Positions 10,367 through 20,624 of a stretch of DNA of 64,000 bases are shown in pieces. The stretch spans positions 9,403 through 73,402 of the forward strand of contig PARE01000027.1 of NCBI GenBank assembly GCA_002709525.1. Reading direction: 5' to 3'. Each line of letters starts with the position of its first letter. Position 1 is the first letter of the stretch. The stretch is from Magnetovibrio sp. Lineage in GTDB: Bacteria > Pseudomonadota > Alphaproteobacteria > Rhodospirillales > Casp-alpha2. A program made the position numbers and the translations under genes. The notes beneath the pieces are model-generated. The model was not told the origin of the DNA, did not search any database, and worked only from the letters and a program-made list of their open reading frames with translations.

Positions 10367-10389
10367 GCTTGCCGACTTGGCGGACAAGC
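10367..10389 (-). terminator. imperfect stem-loop 4 nt after the purH stop (weak terminator candidate)
   Basis: GCTTGCCG-ACTTGG-CGG(A)CAAGC gives 8 bp with one bulge. No U-tract follows on the minus strand, so support is weak. Confidence 0.2.
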
Positions 10390-10392
10390 TAA

Positions 10393-11967
10393 TTAGTGGC
10401 GGAAGTGACGCATCCCTGTCATTACCATGGCCAGATCCTTCTCATTGGCCGCAGCAATAACTTCATCGTCACGGACCGAGCCGCCCGGCTGGATCACAGC
10501 TGTAACCCCCGCTTCGGCCGCCGCCAACAAACCATCCGAAAAAGGAAAGAAAGCGTCGGAAGCTACGACCGAACCTTTTGCCAAGCTATGCCGGTTACCC
10601 GCGACCCGCGCCGCATCCTGAGCTTTCCATGCGGCAATTCGTGCCGAATTGACTCGGCTCATCTGACCGGCGCCAATACCTACGGTCATGCCATCCTTAC
10701 AATAGACGATAGCATTTGATTTGACGTGCTTTGCAACTGTGAAAGCGAACTTCAGATCCGCCATTTCTTGATCTGATGGCATGCGTTGCGTCACCACTTT
10801 AGAGTCCTCGAGGACCCGATGATCCCGCCCCTGAAGTAGGTAGCCTCCGGCCATTGACCGCACGGTCATTCCTTCAGCCGCCGCGTTCGGTATGGCACCG
10901 GTGGCCAGCACACGAAGATTTTTCTTCCCGCCCAGCACAGTTGCGGCCGCGTCATCGACTTTGGGAGCAATGACTACCTCAGCGAACAATTCGGCCACCT
11001 CTTTGGCAGTTGCTTCATCCAGTGGCTGATTGAACGCAATAATGCCGCCAAAAGCGCTCTCTGTATCGCAACTCAAAGCCCGTTTGTAGGCGGTCAACAG
11101 ATCATCGGCGATAGCGACCCCGCAAGGGTTGGCGTGCTTGACGATGACGCAGGCTGCTTTGTTGGTGAACTCGGCCACTAATTCGAAAGCAGCATCTGTG
11201 TCGTTTAGATTGTTGAAGCTAAGTTCCTTACCTTGTAGTTGTTTGGCCGTAGCGATACCTGGCCGGCTCCCTCCGCCTGAATAGAATGCGGCTTCCTGGT
11301 GTGGGTTTTCGCCGTAGCGGAGGGTCTGCTTCAGTTCGCCAGTAAACACGACGCGGGCAGGAAAGGTCTCACCGCGTTGATTAGCGAACCACGTGGAGAT
11401 GGCCCCATCGTAAGCGCCCGTTCGGGCAAAAGCCTTAGCGGCTAGACGGTTCCTGAAGTCATCGGTAGTGGCGCCACCGTTAGCCTCCATCTCGCTTTGC
11501 ACCTGCGCGTAGTCGTCGGGATCGACAACAACGGTGACACAGGCGTGATTCTTAGCAGCTGCGCGGATCAAGGCCGGGCCACCGATATCAATATTCTCAA
11601 TACAGGTCGAGAAATCAGCGCCGCCAGCGACCGTCGCTTCAAACGGATAGAGGTTTACCGCAAGAAGGTCTATGGGCTGAATTCCGTGTTCTTCCATAGC
11701 CGCTTCATGATCCATATTGCCGCGTACAGCAAGGAGGCCGCCATGAATAGTCGGTTGTAAGGTCTTCACCCGTCCATCCATGATCTCCGGAAAACCCGTA
11801 AAGTCAGAGACTTCCGTAACGGCCACACCGGCATCGCGGAGGACCTTGGCCGAGCCTCCCGTCGAGAGAATCTCCACATTAGTCGAGGCAAGCGCCTGGC
11901 CAAATTCGACGAGACCGGTTTTGTCGGATACGGAAATTAGCGCGCGTTTAATAGGTGATGGCATCAT
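10393..11967 (-). CDS. purH: bifunctional AICAR transformylase / IMP cyclohydrolase
   Basis: 524 aa. [50 protein letters not shown] and C-terminal GMRHFRH. This is a canonical PurH. Confidence 0.97.
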   Translation of the reverse strand: MMPSPIKRALISVSDKTGLVEFGQALASTNVEILSTGGSAKVLRDAGVAVTEVSDFTGFPEIMDGRVKTLQPTIHGGLLAVRGNMDHEAAMEEHGIQPIDLLAVNLYPFEATVAGGADFSTCIENIDIGGPALIRAAAKNHACVTVVVDPDDYAQVQSEMEANGGATTDDFRNRLAAKAFARTGAYDGAISTWFANQRGETFPARVVFTGELKQTLRYGENPHQEAAFYSGGGSRPGIATAKQLQGKELSFNNLNDTDAAFELVAEFTNKAACVIVKHANPCGVAIADDLLTAYKRALSCDTESAFGGIIAFNQPLDEATAKEVAELFAEVVIAPKVDDAAATVLGGKKNLRVLATGAIPNAAAEGMTVRSMAGGYLLQGRDHRVLEDSKVVTQRMPSDQEMADLKFAFTVAKHVKSNAIVYCKDGMTVGIGAGQMSRVNSARIAAWKAQDAARVAGNRHSLAKGSVVASDAFFPFSDGLLAAAEAGVTAVIQPGGSVRDDEVIAAANEKDLAMVMTGMRHFRH

Positions 11968-12010
11968 CTAGTCTCATATAAGGTCAGAAGGGCGAGAGAG
12001 GAGAGGGCAC

Positions 12011-13939
12011 CTAGGCTGAGGCGGCGGTACGAGCCTCGTTCCGGCTCCCAGAAAATTCTGGCACCAGTTCCTGGATGGTTGTCAACGAGCCGTCTATATC
12101 GAATGCAGAGCATTGCGCCTTTATTTGAGCAATGGCTTTAGTCAAGTCGTTTATATCAGCGGTCCTCGGAGCCGCAAGGAGAATTCCCGCGCAATCCGTC
12201 GAAACTAGCGGCTCACTTCCATGGAATACCTCTTCATGGAGCTTTTCGCCTGGACGGATGCCAACAATTTTTATCGCCACGTCTTTTCCGGGTACATGGC
12301 CAGCCAAACGTATCATTTGCTCCGCCAGATCATAGATTCTTACCGGCTCACCCATATCAAGGACGCAAATATTACCCTTCGGCACTTCGCCATCGCCTTC
12401 TGTGGTCCCGGCAGCCAACGCCGAAGCCTGCAAGACCAGCTCTACAGCCTCCCGCACTGTCATGAAAAATCGCGTCATGTCCCGGTGGGTAACCGTCAAC
12501 GGCCCTCCATTCGCAAGCTGACGCTGGAACAGAGGAACAACGGACCCAGTCGACCCCAATACATTACCGAACCGAACCGTGACAAAGCGTGTCCCGCTTC
12601 CATTAACGGTCATATCGAGGCTTTGGCAATACGACTCAGCAATCCGCTTGGTAGCCCCCATCACACTGGTTGGATTGACCGCCTTGTCCGTGGAAATTAG
12701 CACCATCACGCCCACACCCTGCTCCACACATGCATCGGCAACATTGATCGTGCCTTGCACATTAGTCTCGATTCCATCGAGGATATTGTCCTCAACAATG
12801 GGCACGTGCTTTAAGGCGGCCGCATGAAACACTAGGTCGGGCCGATGCGTTTCCATTACGCGGATAACCCGTTTTGCATCTCGGACATCCAGGTATTGTG
12901 CATAACGCGGAACTCCCGGGGTAATTTCCGACATCTCCAAGTCAACGTTGTAAAGCGCGAACTCCGAGTTATCCGACAGCACAACTTTAGACGGCGAAAA
13001 GGCGCAGACCTGACGAACTAATTCACTTCCGATACTGCCGCCGGCGCCCGTAACCATTACGCACTTACCCTTAACCAGCCGCTCCATAGAATTGCGATCT
13101 AGCGGCACCTGAGGGCGGCCCAGTAAATCTGTGACGTTGATTGGCTTAGTTTCCATTGTCTCCGAATTGTCGGGGCGGAAGTCTGTAATTTTTGGAGTGC
13201 GGGCCATTGTCATGCCTAGTTTATTGGACGTATCCAACAGACCTCGAACCGCCGCCCCATCCATATCATCTTTAGTCAGAATCAAGCGCTGCGGCGCACG
13301 CCCAAGAGACCGCAAAGAGGCGGCAATCTCAATAATCTGCTCCGTCGTTCCAAGAACTTTAACTCCATGAATCTCACGGCCGACCCGGCGGGTATTCTCA
13401 GCGATGATACCCACGACTTCATATCCGGATTCGGGTGTACTGCGCAGGCTTCGAATAAACAGTTCCGCACCATCGCCAGCACCCACCAACATTACGAGAA
13501 CGCGGCCTTTCGTTCTGTTTCCTCGGGCAAAATCAATTCGGCGATCTTTCAGCAATCGGTAGAAGAACCGCGGACCACCCAAAAGAGCCATCAACACAAA
13601 CCAGTTTATTAACAGAACCGATCGCGGTAGGGGTTCGAGCCGGATCCAGATGAACATCACAAAGGCAAAGATCAGGATGGCCACTGTCACCGCTTTGGTG
13701 ATCGCCCACAAGTCGTTTAAAGAGGCATAGCGCCAGACCCCTCTATACATACCGGAAGGCCAGAATACGACAGCGCAGATTGCCGTGAACAATAGGCAGG
13801 CTGCCGCCCATCGCTCAGGGTAAATTTCAAAGCCCCACAATCCAAGGCGGAGGTACACTGATAACAAAAAAGAGGCTGCAGCCATAAAAATATCATGGCC
13901 ATAAACAATTAATCCACGGGAATGTAATCGGTGGAACAT
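12011..13939 (-). CDS. membrane-anchored UDP-HexNAc 4,6-dehydratase (CapD/WbpM/PglF family)
   Basis: 642 aa. N-terminal TM helices, then VMVTGAGGSIGSEL and LISTDKAVNPTSVMGATKRIAE, the Polysacc_synt_2 signature. Confidence 0.9.
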   Translation of the reverse strand: MFHRLHSRGLIVYGHDIFMAAASFLLSVYLRLGLWGFEIYPERWAAACLLFTAICAVVFWPSGMYRGVWRYASLNDLWAITKAVTVAILIFAFVMFIWIRLEPLPRSVLLINWFVLMALLGGPRFFYRLLKDRRIDFARGNRTKGRVLVMLVGAGDGAELFIRSLRSTPESGYEVVGIIAENTRRVGREIHGVKVLGTTEQIIEIAASLRSLGRAPQRLILTKDDMDGAAVRGLLDTSNKLGMTMARTPKITDFRPDNSETMETKPINVTDLLGRPQVPLDRNSMERLVKGKCVMVTGAGGSIGSELVRQVCAFSPSKVVLSDNSEFALYNVDLEMSEITPGVPRYAQYLDVRDAKRVIRVMETHRPDLVFHAAALKHVPIVEDNILDGIETNVQGTINVADACVEQGVGVMVLISTDKAVNPTSVMGATKRIAESYCQSLDMTVNGSGTRFVTVRFGNVLGSTGSVVPLFQRQLANGGPLTVTHRDMTRFFMTVREAVELVLQASALAAGTTEGDGEVPKGNICVLDMGEPVRIYDLAEQMIRLAGHVPGKDVAIKIVGIRPGEKLHEEVFHGSEPLVSTDCAGILLAAPRTADINDLTKAIAQIKAQCSAFDIDGSLTTIQELVPEFSGSRNEARTAASA

Positions 13940-13971
13940 AAAGAATATTCTGCCCGGTCGGTCTTGCCAGC

Positions 13972-14937
13972 CTAGTCTGTTGACCCTCGGCTCTTATACC
14001 ATGCTGCGGTCTTAGCCAACCCTTCTTTCATGGTGTAAGGCGGTTTCCAATTCACGCTTCGGCAAAAGGTATCACCATCAATTTGCAGCGACCCAGTGAG
14101 GCGTTTGACCGTTTCCGTTTTCCCGCTGATCACACCCGCCAGTCGCAAGAGGGCTACCGGCGCCGGCAGCAATCGCACCGGACGGTTAAGTGCGTTTGCA
14201 ATGCGACGAGTCAGCTCGGCGACTGAAATAGCCTCGCCATCACAAACATAGTAAGATCCGCATTGGTGCGACTGTATACCCATGGCATGGATTATTGCGG
14301 CAACTAAATTCTCAATGAAGAGGAAGTCCCGACGGTTGTTCACCGAACGCAGGGGTAGAGGAACGCCCTTGTAGACAGCATCAAATAAGGACAAAAGATT
14401 TCCCTTAATACCCGGGCCGTAGATCAATGGCGAGCGCAGGATAATTGTCTCCATGCCAGAATTTTCACCCAACTCCGTTAGAATCTTCTCAGCCACCAGC
14501 TTGGTTCGTCCATATGCATCTTCGGGTTGAGGCTTCATATCAATTCGAAGTGGTATAAGGCCACAGGATTGCTCCGCACCAGCCTTTACCGAGCTAAGAA
14601 AGATAAATCGCCTTGCCCCTCTGGCCGCAGCTTGGGTAGCCAAGGCCGCTGTCGCCTCCACATTAACTCGTTGATAGGCGGCCTCTGGATCGACGGCCGT
14701 GTCGCGCATCACGTGGGCACGGGCGGCCAAATGTATAACTACATCTACGTCATCCAGAGCCTTCGACCAGTTGCTATCGGTTCCAATGCCGCCCATGGCG
14801 ACCTCGCGGACACCTGGGTGCGACCTGATAATTCCTGGCCGGCGGACAGTTGCCGTCACTTGATGTCCGGCCTCAAGAAGCGCAGCGCAAAGATGGGTGC
14901 CAACGAATCCCGTCGCGCCGGTCACCAAAACGCGCAT
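13972..14937 (-). CDS. NAD-dependent nucleotide-sugar epimerase/reductase (extended SDR)
   Basis: MRVLVTGATGFVGTHL and YGRTKLVAEK (YxxxK). Positioned between the WbpM-like gene and the GT4 gene, as WbpK/WbpV-type genes are. Confidence 0.75.
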   Translation of the reverse strand: MRVLVTGATGFVGTHLCAALLEAGHQVTATVRRPGIIRSHPGVREVAMGGIGTDSNWSKALDDVDVVIHLAARAHVMRDTAVDPEAAYQRVNVEATAALATQAAARGARRFIFLSSVKAGAEQSCGLIPLRIDMKPQPEDAYGRTKLVAEKILTELGENSGMETIILRSPLIYGPGIKGNLLSLFDAVYKGVPLPLRSVNNRRDFLFIENLVAAIIHAMGIQSHQCGSYYVCDGEAISVAELTRRIANALNRPVRLLPAPVALLRLAGVISGKTETVKRLTGSLQIDGDTFCRSVNWKPPYTMKEGLAKTAAWYKSRGSTD

Positions 14938-16202
14938 TATTGCACGCTCGGCACCGGGATTTCAGCGACGCGGTCGCCTTTACCTATGACTACCGCCTTC
15001 AGTGCCGTGATCATATGCTTAGCCTGTATCTCGCGACTATGACTGGGCGCTGCGGCCAAGCTTTGTGCGCGAAGGCTATGGTAGAGGTCGGGTTGGTCAG
15101 CGATACGCGTTACGGCTGCCGCCAATGCGGTCGGATCTTTTGGCGGGACATGAATACCCGCGCTATCAGCATCCAGGATATCACTAGCTTCGCCGGAAGG
15201 GAGCGCTAGGATAATTGGCAGACCCATTCCCATGGCTTCGAACATTTTTGAAGGGATGACATCCTTAAACGCGGGAGAGTCACGAAGATGGACAAGCGCA
15301 ACCTGACACAAACTCCACACAGCCGGCATCATGTCCTTGGGTTGCGGCTCCATGAAAATGACATTTTCCAGTCCACGAGTTTCAGCCTCAAGCATAAGGG
15401 CTTCACGTTCCGCCCCAGCTCCAGCCAATAGGAACGCAATGTCCGTCCGCTCACGTAATAACGCCGCCGTATTTAAGACGTTCATCAGTCCATGCGCCAT
15501 GCCGTGGGTGCCAACATAGCCGACGATGAAACGATCCTTGATACCCAAAGCCTTCGACAACTTTGTGTCAGGCGAGCGAGCCCCATACCGCCAAAGATCG
15601 ACGCCATTCATGACCACCGCAATTTTCTCAGCAGGAATCCCTCGGGCTACCAAATTTGTCTTGAACGCATGGGTGAGAGCAATAACAGCCTCTGAGCGGC
15701 GATACAGGAGCAACTCAACCTTCTCTAACATCCGAATGACTAGGTTCTCTCGCATAGCGCCCACAGCGACAATGGACGCGGGCCACAAATCCCCCAACTC
15801 AAAAACAAAGGGCACACGCCGGAGCATACCCAGAATCCACCCGCTAACTGCCGCGAAGAATTGCGGCGACGTGGACACGATCACATCAGGCCGTTTCTCG
15901 AACAGACCAGCACCTGCGGACATGATCATGAAGCTTGCAAAATCGAGGGTCCGACGAAGCGTTCCACGGTTTACGGCAATATAGGTTTTAACTCTTACTA
16001 CGCGCAAACCATGTATGTCTTCTGTCTGATGCCAACGATTTTTATAGCCGTCAAATAGCTGACCATGCGGGAAGTTTGGCGCACAGGTTAGAATTGTCAC
16101 GTCGTGACCCCACTTCACCCAATAACACGCACGCTCATAGACACGTGTGGCAGCTGCATTGGTTTCAGGCGGAAAGTTTTCGGTTAGGAACAGGATACGC
16201 AT
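14937..16202 (-). CDS. GT4 glycosyltransferase, WbuB-like
   Basis: MRILFLTENFPPETNAAATRVYERACYWVKWGHDVTILTCAPNFPHG is the characteristic WbuB-type N-terminus. I chose the ATG at 16202 rather than the ORF-track 16274 so that it does not overlap the upstream gene, whose stop is at 16210. Confidence 0.85.
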   Translation of the reverse strand: MRILFLTENFPPETNAAATRVYERACYWVKWGHDVTILTCAPNFPHGQLFDGYKNRWHQTEDIHGLRVVRVKTYIAVNRGTLRRTLDFASFMIMSAGAGLFEKRPDVIVSTSPQFFAAVSGWILGMLRRVPFVFELGDLWPASIVAVGAMRENLVIRMLEKVELLLYRRSEAVIALTHAFKTNLVARGIPAEKIAVVMNGVDLWRYGARSPDTKLSKALGIKDRFIVGYVGTHGMAHGLMNVLNTAALLRERTDIAFLLAGAGAEREALMLEAETRGLENVIFMEPQPKDMMPAVWSLCQVALVHLRDSPAFKDVIPSKMFEAMGMGLPIILALPSGEASDILDADSAGIHVPPKDPTALAAAVTRIADQPDLYHSLRAQSLAAAPSHSREIQAKHMITALKAVVIGKGDRVAEIPVPSVQ

Positions 16203-16209
16203 GGCGAAG

Positions 16210-17211
16210 CTAGTCGGTCGGTCCACCCTTGACGAGAAGGAACAAAAGCATGCCGACGGCGCCACAGGCGCCAAGTATAGCGGCTTCGGGTAGCCCCCTT
16301 GCTGCCACGATTGACAACATAATTAAAAAGAGATTGGCGACACCAACGATCCAAGCCACCTGATCGTGGCGCAGCCCAGTGTCGACAGCCCGTTGATAAA
16401 AATGCTCACGATGAGCTTCCCATAACCGTTCGGCTTTGAGAATGCGCCTCAAAAGGGTCAACGTCGCATCAGCAAAAAAATACAGCGGCAGGATCAGCGC
16501 CGGTCCCCACGCTCCATTTGCCGCTAAAACCAGTAACATCCAACCTAACACAAATCCCAGAGGAATACTGCCTACATCACCAAGAAAGATCTTCGCGGGG
16601 TGCCAATTCCAACGTAGAAACCCAAGCGCCACGGCTCCAACGGAGAGGCTCAGCAACATGGACATTTCACCAAGCCCGAGCTTTCGTGCAATTACAAATA
16701 AGCCAATTGAGATCGCTAAGGTTTCAACCCCAACAATTCCATCAATCCCATCCATAAAGTTGAACAGATTGATAAACCATACCCACAAAACGCCGGCCAT
16801 AATAAGGTCGACTAGGGGCGGGAAAAGGCCGCCAAAGATAGGCCCTGGGAGAGGCACAAGGACCAACGCGATCGCCACTGCGATAGTGTGAACGGTGAGG
16901 CGCACAGCAGGGCCAAGGCCTTGGAGGTCATCCAACAATGACACACCGGCCAAAATCATTCCAATCGCAGAAATGGTTACAACCGGAACACCGAGCGGCC
17001 CCTCAATAACGCCAATCACAATCCAAACGGCAAAAAGCGCACCCACTACAGCAATCCCAGCACCCCTGGGGGTAGGTGCTTCGTGGCTTGAACGCGCATT
17101 CGGATGATCGAGGACCTGCTGAGCCATCAAATATCCGATGAGCAAACGTGTGCCAATCATCGAAACGAAAAACGCGACCAACGGCAAAATCAATGTGATC
17201 GGCCATTTCAT
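16210..17211 (-). CDS. polyprenyl-phosphate HexNAc-1-phosphate transferase (WecA/WbpL, MraY-like family)
   Basis: PNARSSHEAPTPRGAGI and FNFMDGIDGIVG motifs; polytopic. The ATG at 17211 (MKWPITLILPL) avoids overlap with manC. The ORF track extends to 17304. Confidence 0.85.
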   Translation of the reverse strand: MKWPITLILPLVAFFVSMIGTRLLIGYLMAQQVLDHPNARSSHEAPTPRGAGIAVVGALFAVWIVIGVIEGPLGVPVVTISAIGMILAGVSLLDDLQGLGPAVRLTVHTIAVAIALVLVPLPGPIFGGLFPPLVDLIMAGVLWVWFINLFNFMDGIDGIVGVETLAISIGLFVIARKLGLGEMSMLLSLSVGAVALGFLRWNWHPAKIFLGDVGSIPLGFVLGWMLLVLAANGAWGPALILPLYFFADATLTLLRRILKAERLWEAHREHFYQRAVDTGLRHDQVAWIVGVANLFLIMLSIVAARGLPEAAILGACGAVGMLLFLLVKGGPTD

Positions 17212-17269
17212 TGTGTAAAAATACCTTTGCTGATCAATAAAAGTTTGTGTTGCTCCAGATCTATCCAGA

Positions 17270-18688
17270 TCAATCGCGGCCGTACGTATCCTCGAGGCGG
17301 ACAATATCGTCCTCGGATATCATATTCCCAGTTTGAACTTCAACGATGCGCAACGGCTCATCCGATGGGTTTTCCAACCGATGCTTCGTGCCGATGGGAA
17401 TATAAGTGGATTGGTTGGCACTCATGTCGAACGTCTCTTCACCGTTCGTGACACGTGCGATACCTTCGACGACTACCCAATGCTCAGCCCGGTGATTATG
17501 GTACTGCATGCTGAGCTTACCGCCCGGCTTCACAAAAATCTGTTTGACCAAAAACCCGGCACCCGAGTCAACGTTCTGATAATATCCCCACGGGCGATAG
17601 ACCCTGGTATGCGAAATGATCTCCTCGCGGCTATGAGCCTCCAGTTCGGCAACAATCGATTTGACCTCCTGCGTGCGGGATCTAGGCATGGCCAGAACAG
17701 CATCATCTGTGGCGATCAAGGCCATGTCATCAATGCCCAAGACCGCCACCAGCGGCTTCTCCGAGCGAATGTAATTGTTTTTAGAATCAATGACCACGGT
17801 CCCACCGATACAGACATTCCCTTCATCATCCGTAGTACCTTGTTTAGCCAGGCTTTCCCAAGACCCAACATCACTCCAGCCCCCGTCCAACGGAACGACC
17901 GCGGATTGAGATGTCTTCTCCATAACCGCGTAATCGACAGAAATTGATGGCGCCATCTCGAACGCTTGTTTGTTTAGGCGGAGGAAATCCGCGTCCGAGG
18001 CAGCTTGGGCAATAGCCTGCTCTGCCGCGAACAATACATCAGGCGAGTGCTGACGGAGCTGATTTATAAAAGTTCGCGCGCGAAACAAAAAAATACCAGC
18101 GTTCCAATAGTACTCTCTGCTGGCTACATATGCCTCGGCTGTTGCCTGGTCAGGCTTTTCCACAAATTTAGCAACGCGTTGGCCTTCGCCATGGACTCTC
18201 CCCCGGCGAATATACCCATATCCGGTCTCCGGGTATTCGGGTTCAATGCCAAAAATTACGAGCAGCTCCTCCATTGCCAAACGCGCGGCAATCCGGGTCG
18301 CAGACCTAAACGCCGCGAAATCGGAAATCATATGATCTGATGGCAGGACGAAAATTAGACCGTCCGGGTCATCGGCGAGGACATGGAGCGCGGCTGTAGC
18401 AATCGCCGGAGCGGTATTCCGTGCCACTGGCTCAATGATGATCCCTCGGGCGCTCACCCCGGCCTCGTTCAACTCTTCAGCGACAAGAAATCGATGGTTG
18501 TGGTTGCACATAACAATTGGCGCCAGAAAATCATCAGCTTTGACACGTTCAAGCGTCGCACGAAACAGGCTGGATCCATCCTCCATTAACGGCAAAAATT
18601 GCTTAGGGCGAAGTCGGCGTGACATGGGCCACAACCGGGTTCCAGCGCCACCAGAAAGGATCACTGGCACAACCGAAGTTAGCATCAA
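17270..18688 (-). CDS. manC: mannose-1-phosphate guanylyltransferase / mannose-6-phosphate isomerase (type II PMI)
   Basis: PVILSGGAGTRLWPMSR at the N-terminus, and a C-terminal cupin with SMQYHNHRAEHWVVVEGIARV ... ENPSDEPLRIVEVQ. Confidence 0.92.
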   Translation of the reverse strand: MMLTSVVPVILSGGAGTRLWPMSRRLRPKQFLPLMEDGSSLFRATLERVKADDFLAPIVMCNHNHRFLVAEELNEAGVSARGIIIEPVARNTAPAIATAALHVLADDPDGLIFVLPSDHMISDFAAFRSATRIAARLAMEELLVIFGIEPEYPETGYGYIRRGRVHGEGQRVAKFVEKPDQATAEAYVASREYYWNAGIFLFRARTFINQLRQHSPDVLFAAEQAIAQAASDADFLRLNKQAFEMAPSISVDYAVMEKTSQSAVVPLDGGWSDVGSWESLAKQGTTDDEGNVCIGGTVVIDSKNNYIRSEKPLVAVLGIDDMALIATDDAVLAMPRSRTQEVKSIVAELEAHSREEIISHTRVYRPWGYYQNVDSGAGFLVKQIFVKPGGKLSMQYHNHRAEHWVVVEGIARVTNGEETFDMSANQSTYIPIGTKHRLENPSDEPLRIVEVQTGNMISEDDIVRLEDTYGRD

Positions 18689-18764
18689 ATTTCGCCCGTC
18701 ACATTGTCACTCCGCGGCACCCTGGAGAAGTTTGGATGTACGGTGCACTGTATTAATAGCCTCG

Positions 18765-19889
18765 TCAATTTGTGGCTGCCACGCCACCCTCGTGGCCATT
18801 CCGAGACCGCTCGCGTCGCACACGCCAACGAACCACCTTGTTGATTAGGCCCGGCGCATCTCCCTCCATTTCGCTCGCCAGACGGTAGGGCTTGCCGCCC
18901 ATCCTGTTCTTGAAACGGAAGATTCCGGCCGGGGTCAAATATTCATCCATACCGCCAAGATCTAAACGTATCACGCCATCAGACTTCAATTGGCGCAACG
19001 CCGACCACAAGACAATTTGGCCTGAGTTTTCCTTTCTTCCCACCTCCGTGTTATGCCCAGCCAGATATTCACCGGTCTTGCCGTAACGCACGAAAGCGGC
19101 ACCACCCAAGTAGCAACCATCTTTCGTAGCCGTCACGCTTAGGAGCTTTCTCTCCGGCGGCAAAAATTCCTGGAGGGATCTTAGAAACGCGGTGTCCACG
19201 CCGGCTCCTAGACCACGCAACGATAAATGGGCGGCATGCCCGCGAAGGAAAGTCTCAAATGTCTCAGGGTCACTGCCAACGCGGACATTGAGTTCGGCGC
19301 GCTCGGCACGCACCAATGCATTGCGCCATTTGCTGTGGAAGTTGACACGAATTGCGTCCTCGGAATTGTTAAGATCGATGGTGGAGGAAGCCCAACCGGC
19401 AATGTCGGTGCCCCTCAAGCCACTCTCTCGGCGAATGACCGCCGAAGCCTCCGTTTCCATGAAGGGCGGCGCGATACGAAGATAAAGGCCGCGCGAAACA
19501 CTAAAATGACGCCTGAGGGCGTCAAAAGCGGCGCCGACATTTTCAAACGAACCGACCGGTCCACGATTCAACCAAGCAAAACCAGCACGAGTGAACGGCA
19601 TGGCGCGGACAATAGTCTGTGCCGCACCCGCGACATAGCCGTTCACAATGATCAGCCCACGTTCTACTTGCCATGGGCTATTTTGAGTTCTCGCGGCGCC
19701 AAATTCCCATGTTTGAATTAGCCCAGCACCCGGGTAGCGCAGGACCAAGGCGTTCCATTCTTCCGCTTCGCCTTCAAATTTTTGATATGTGTAGTGGCTT
19801 TCTTCCATCGAGGATTCAACCGAGGGTAAGCCCATCGCTGCTATGTCTTTTCCAGTGACGAGGCCTTCCGGGATTACGCATAACTTCAC
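18765..19889 (-). CDS. FemAB-like (Acetyltransf_6/GNAT-fold) acyl- or aminoacyl-transferase
   Basis: W..LV...PGAGLIQTWEFG, KWRNALVRAERAELNV and LDLGGMD...GIFRFKNRMGGKP follow the FemAB / PEP-CTERM-associated FemAB-like pattern. Confidence 0.6.
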   Translation of the reverse strand: MKLCVIPEGLVTGKDIAAMGLPSVESSMEESHYTYQKFEGEAEEWNALVLRYPGAGLIQTWEFGAARTQNSPWQVERGLIIVNGYVAGAAQTIVRAMPFTRAGFAWLNRGPVGSFENVGAAFDALRRHFSVSRGLYLRIAPPFMETEASAVIRRESGLRGTDIAGWASSTIDLNNSEDAIRVNFHSKWRNALVRAERAELNVRVGSDPETFETFLRGHAAHLSLRGLGAGVDTAFLRSLQEFLPPERKLLSVTATKDGCYLGGAAFVRYGKTGEYLAGHNTEVGRKENSGQIVLWSALRQLKSDGVIRLDLGGMDEYLTPAGIFRFKNRMGGKPYRLASEMEGDAPGLINKVVRWRVRRERSRNGHEGGVAATN

Positions 19890-19911
19890 ACCTCAGATAT
19901 ATATCAGGAAG

Positions 19912-20616
19912 TTAGCGCCACAAACGAAGGAAGCGATGGACAAAGATGGTCCAAAATACGGGGATCACATGGTACGGTCTGATCTTCTTTCCTTCTTCGA
20001 AGGTACGACCGTGATAGCTGATAGGTATCTCATAGATATTGCGGGCCTTTTGCTTCGCGATGGACAGGATTTCTGCCTGCTGGCTCCATCCCTGTCGCCT
20101 TAGTTTATTCGCCGGCACTAGATCCCTGCGGAAAAGTACATAGCAGCTGTAGATGTCCGTGAAGGTCGTATTATTCAGAATATTAAAGAACAAGGTAATA
20201 AGATGGTTACCAATTTTGTTCCAAAAATAGGCAACTCGGGTGTAGGCCGGGGCGGCAAAACGGCTACTCATCACAAGGTCCGCATCGAAGCGCAGTACAG
20301 GCATGAGAAGTGCTTGGTATTCATTGGGACTATATTCAAGATCCGCGTCCTGGAAGAGAACGTAATCACCGCTAGCGACTGAAAGACCGGCCTTTACGGC
20401 GGCGCCCTTACCTCTGTTCTTCTCCATTTTTATCAACTTAGAGTAAAGTTTGGGATTATCCTCCAACAGCTTAACAGTCGCATCTTTCGAACCGTCATCG
20501 ATCACGATCACCTCAAATACGACCTTATCTATCCGTTGTGCCTGGACCTCGCGGAGGACCTCCAAAATCGTAAATTCCTCATTGAAGGCGGGAACGATAA
20601 TGGAAAGTTTGAGCAT
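19912..20616 (-). CDS. GT2 glycosyltransferase, DPM1/ArnC-like (polyprenyl-phosphate sugar synthase type)
   Basis: LSIIVPAFNEE, VIVIDDGSKD, NRGKGAAVKAG and FQDADLEYSP in a short (234 aa) soluble-type GT-A. Confidence 0.8.
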   Translation of the reverse strand: MLKLSIIVPAFNEEFTILEVLREVQAQRIDKVVFEVIVIDDGSKDATVKLLEDNPKLYSKLIKMEKNRGKGAAVKAGLSVASGDYVLFQDADLEYSPNEYQALLMPVLRFDADLVMSSRFAAPAYTRVAYFWNKIGNHLITLFFNILNNTTFTDIYSCYVLFRRDLVPANKLRRQGWSQQAEILSIAKQKARNIYEIPISYHGRTFEEGKKIRPYHVIPVFWTIFVHRFLRLWR

Positions 20617-20624
20617 CGCGGAAG

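Noticed and set aside
17333-17947. 204-aa plus-strand ORF.
   Set aside because: It is antisense to manC and has no motifs.
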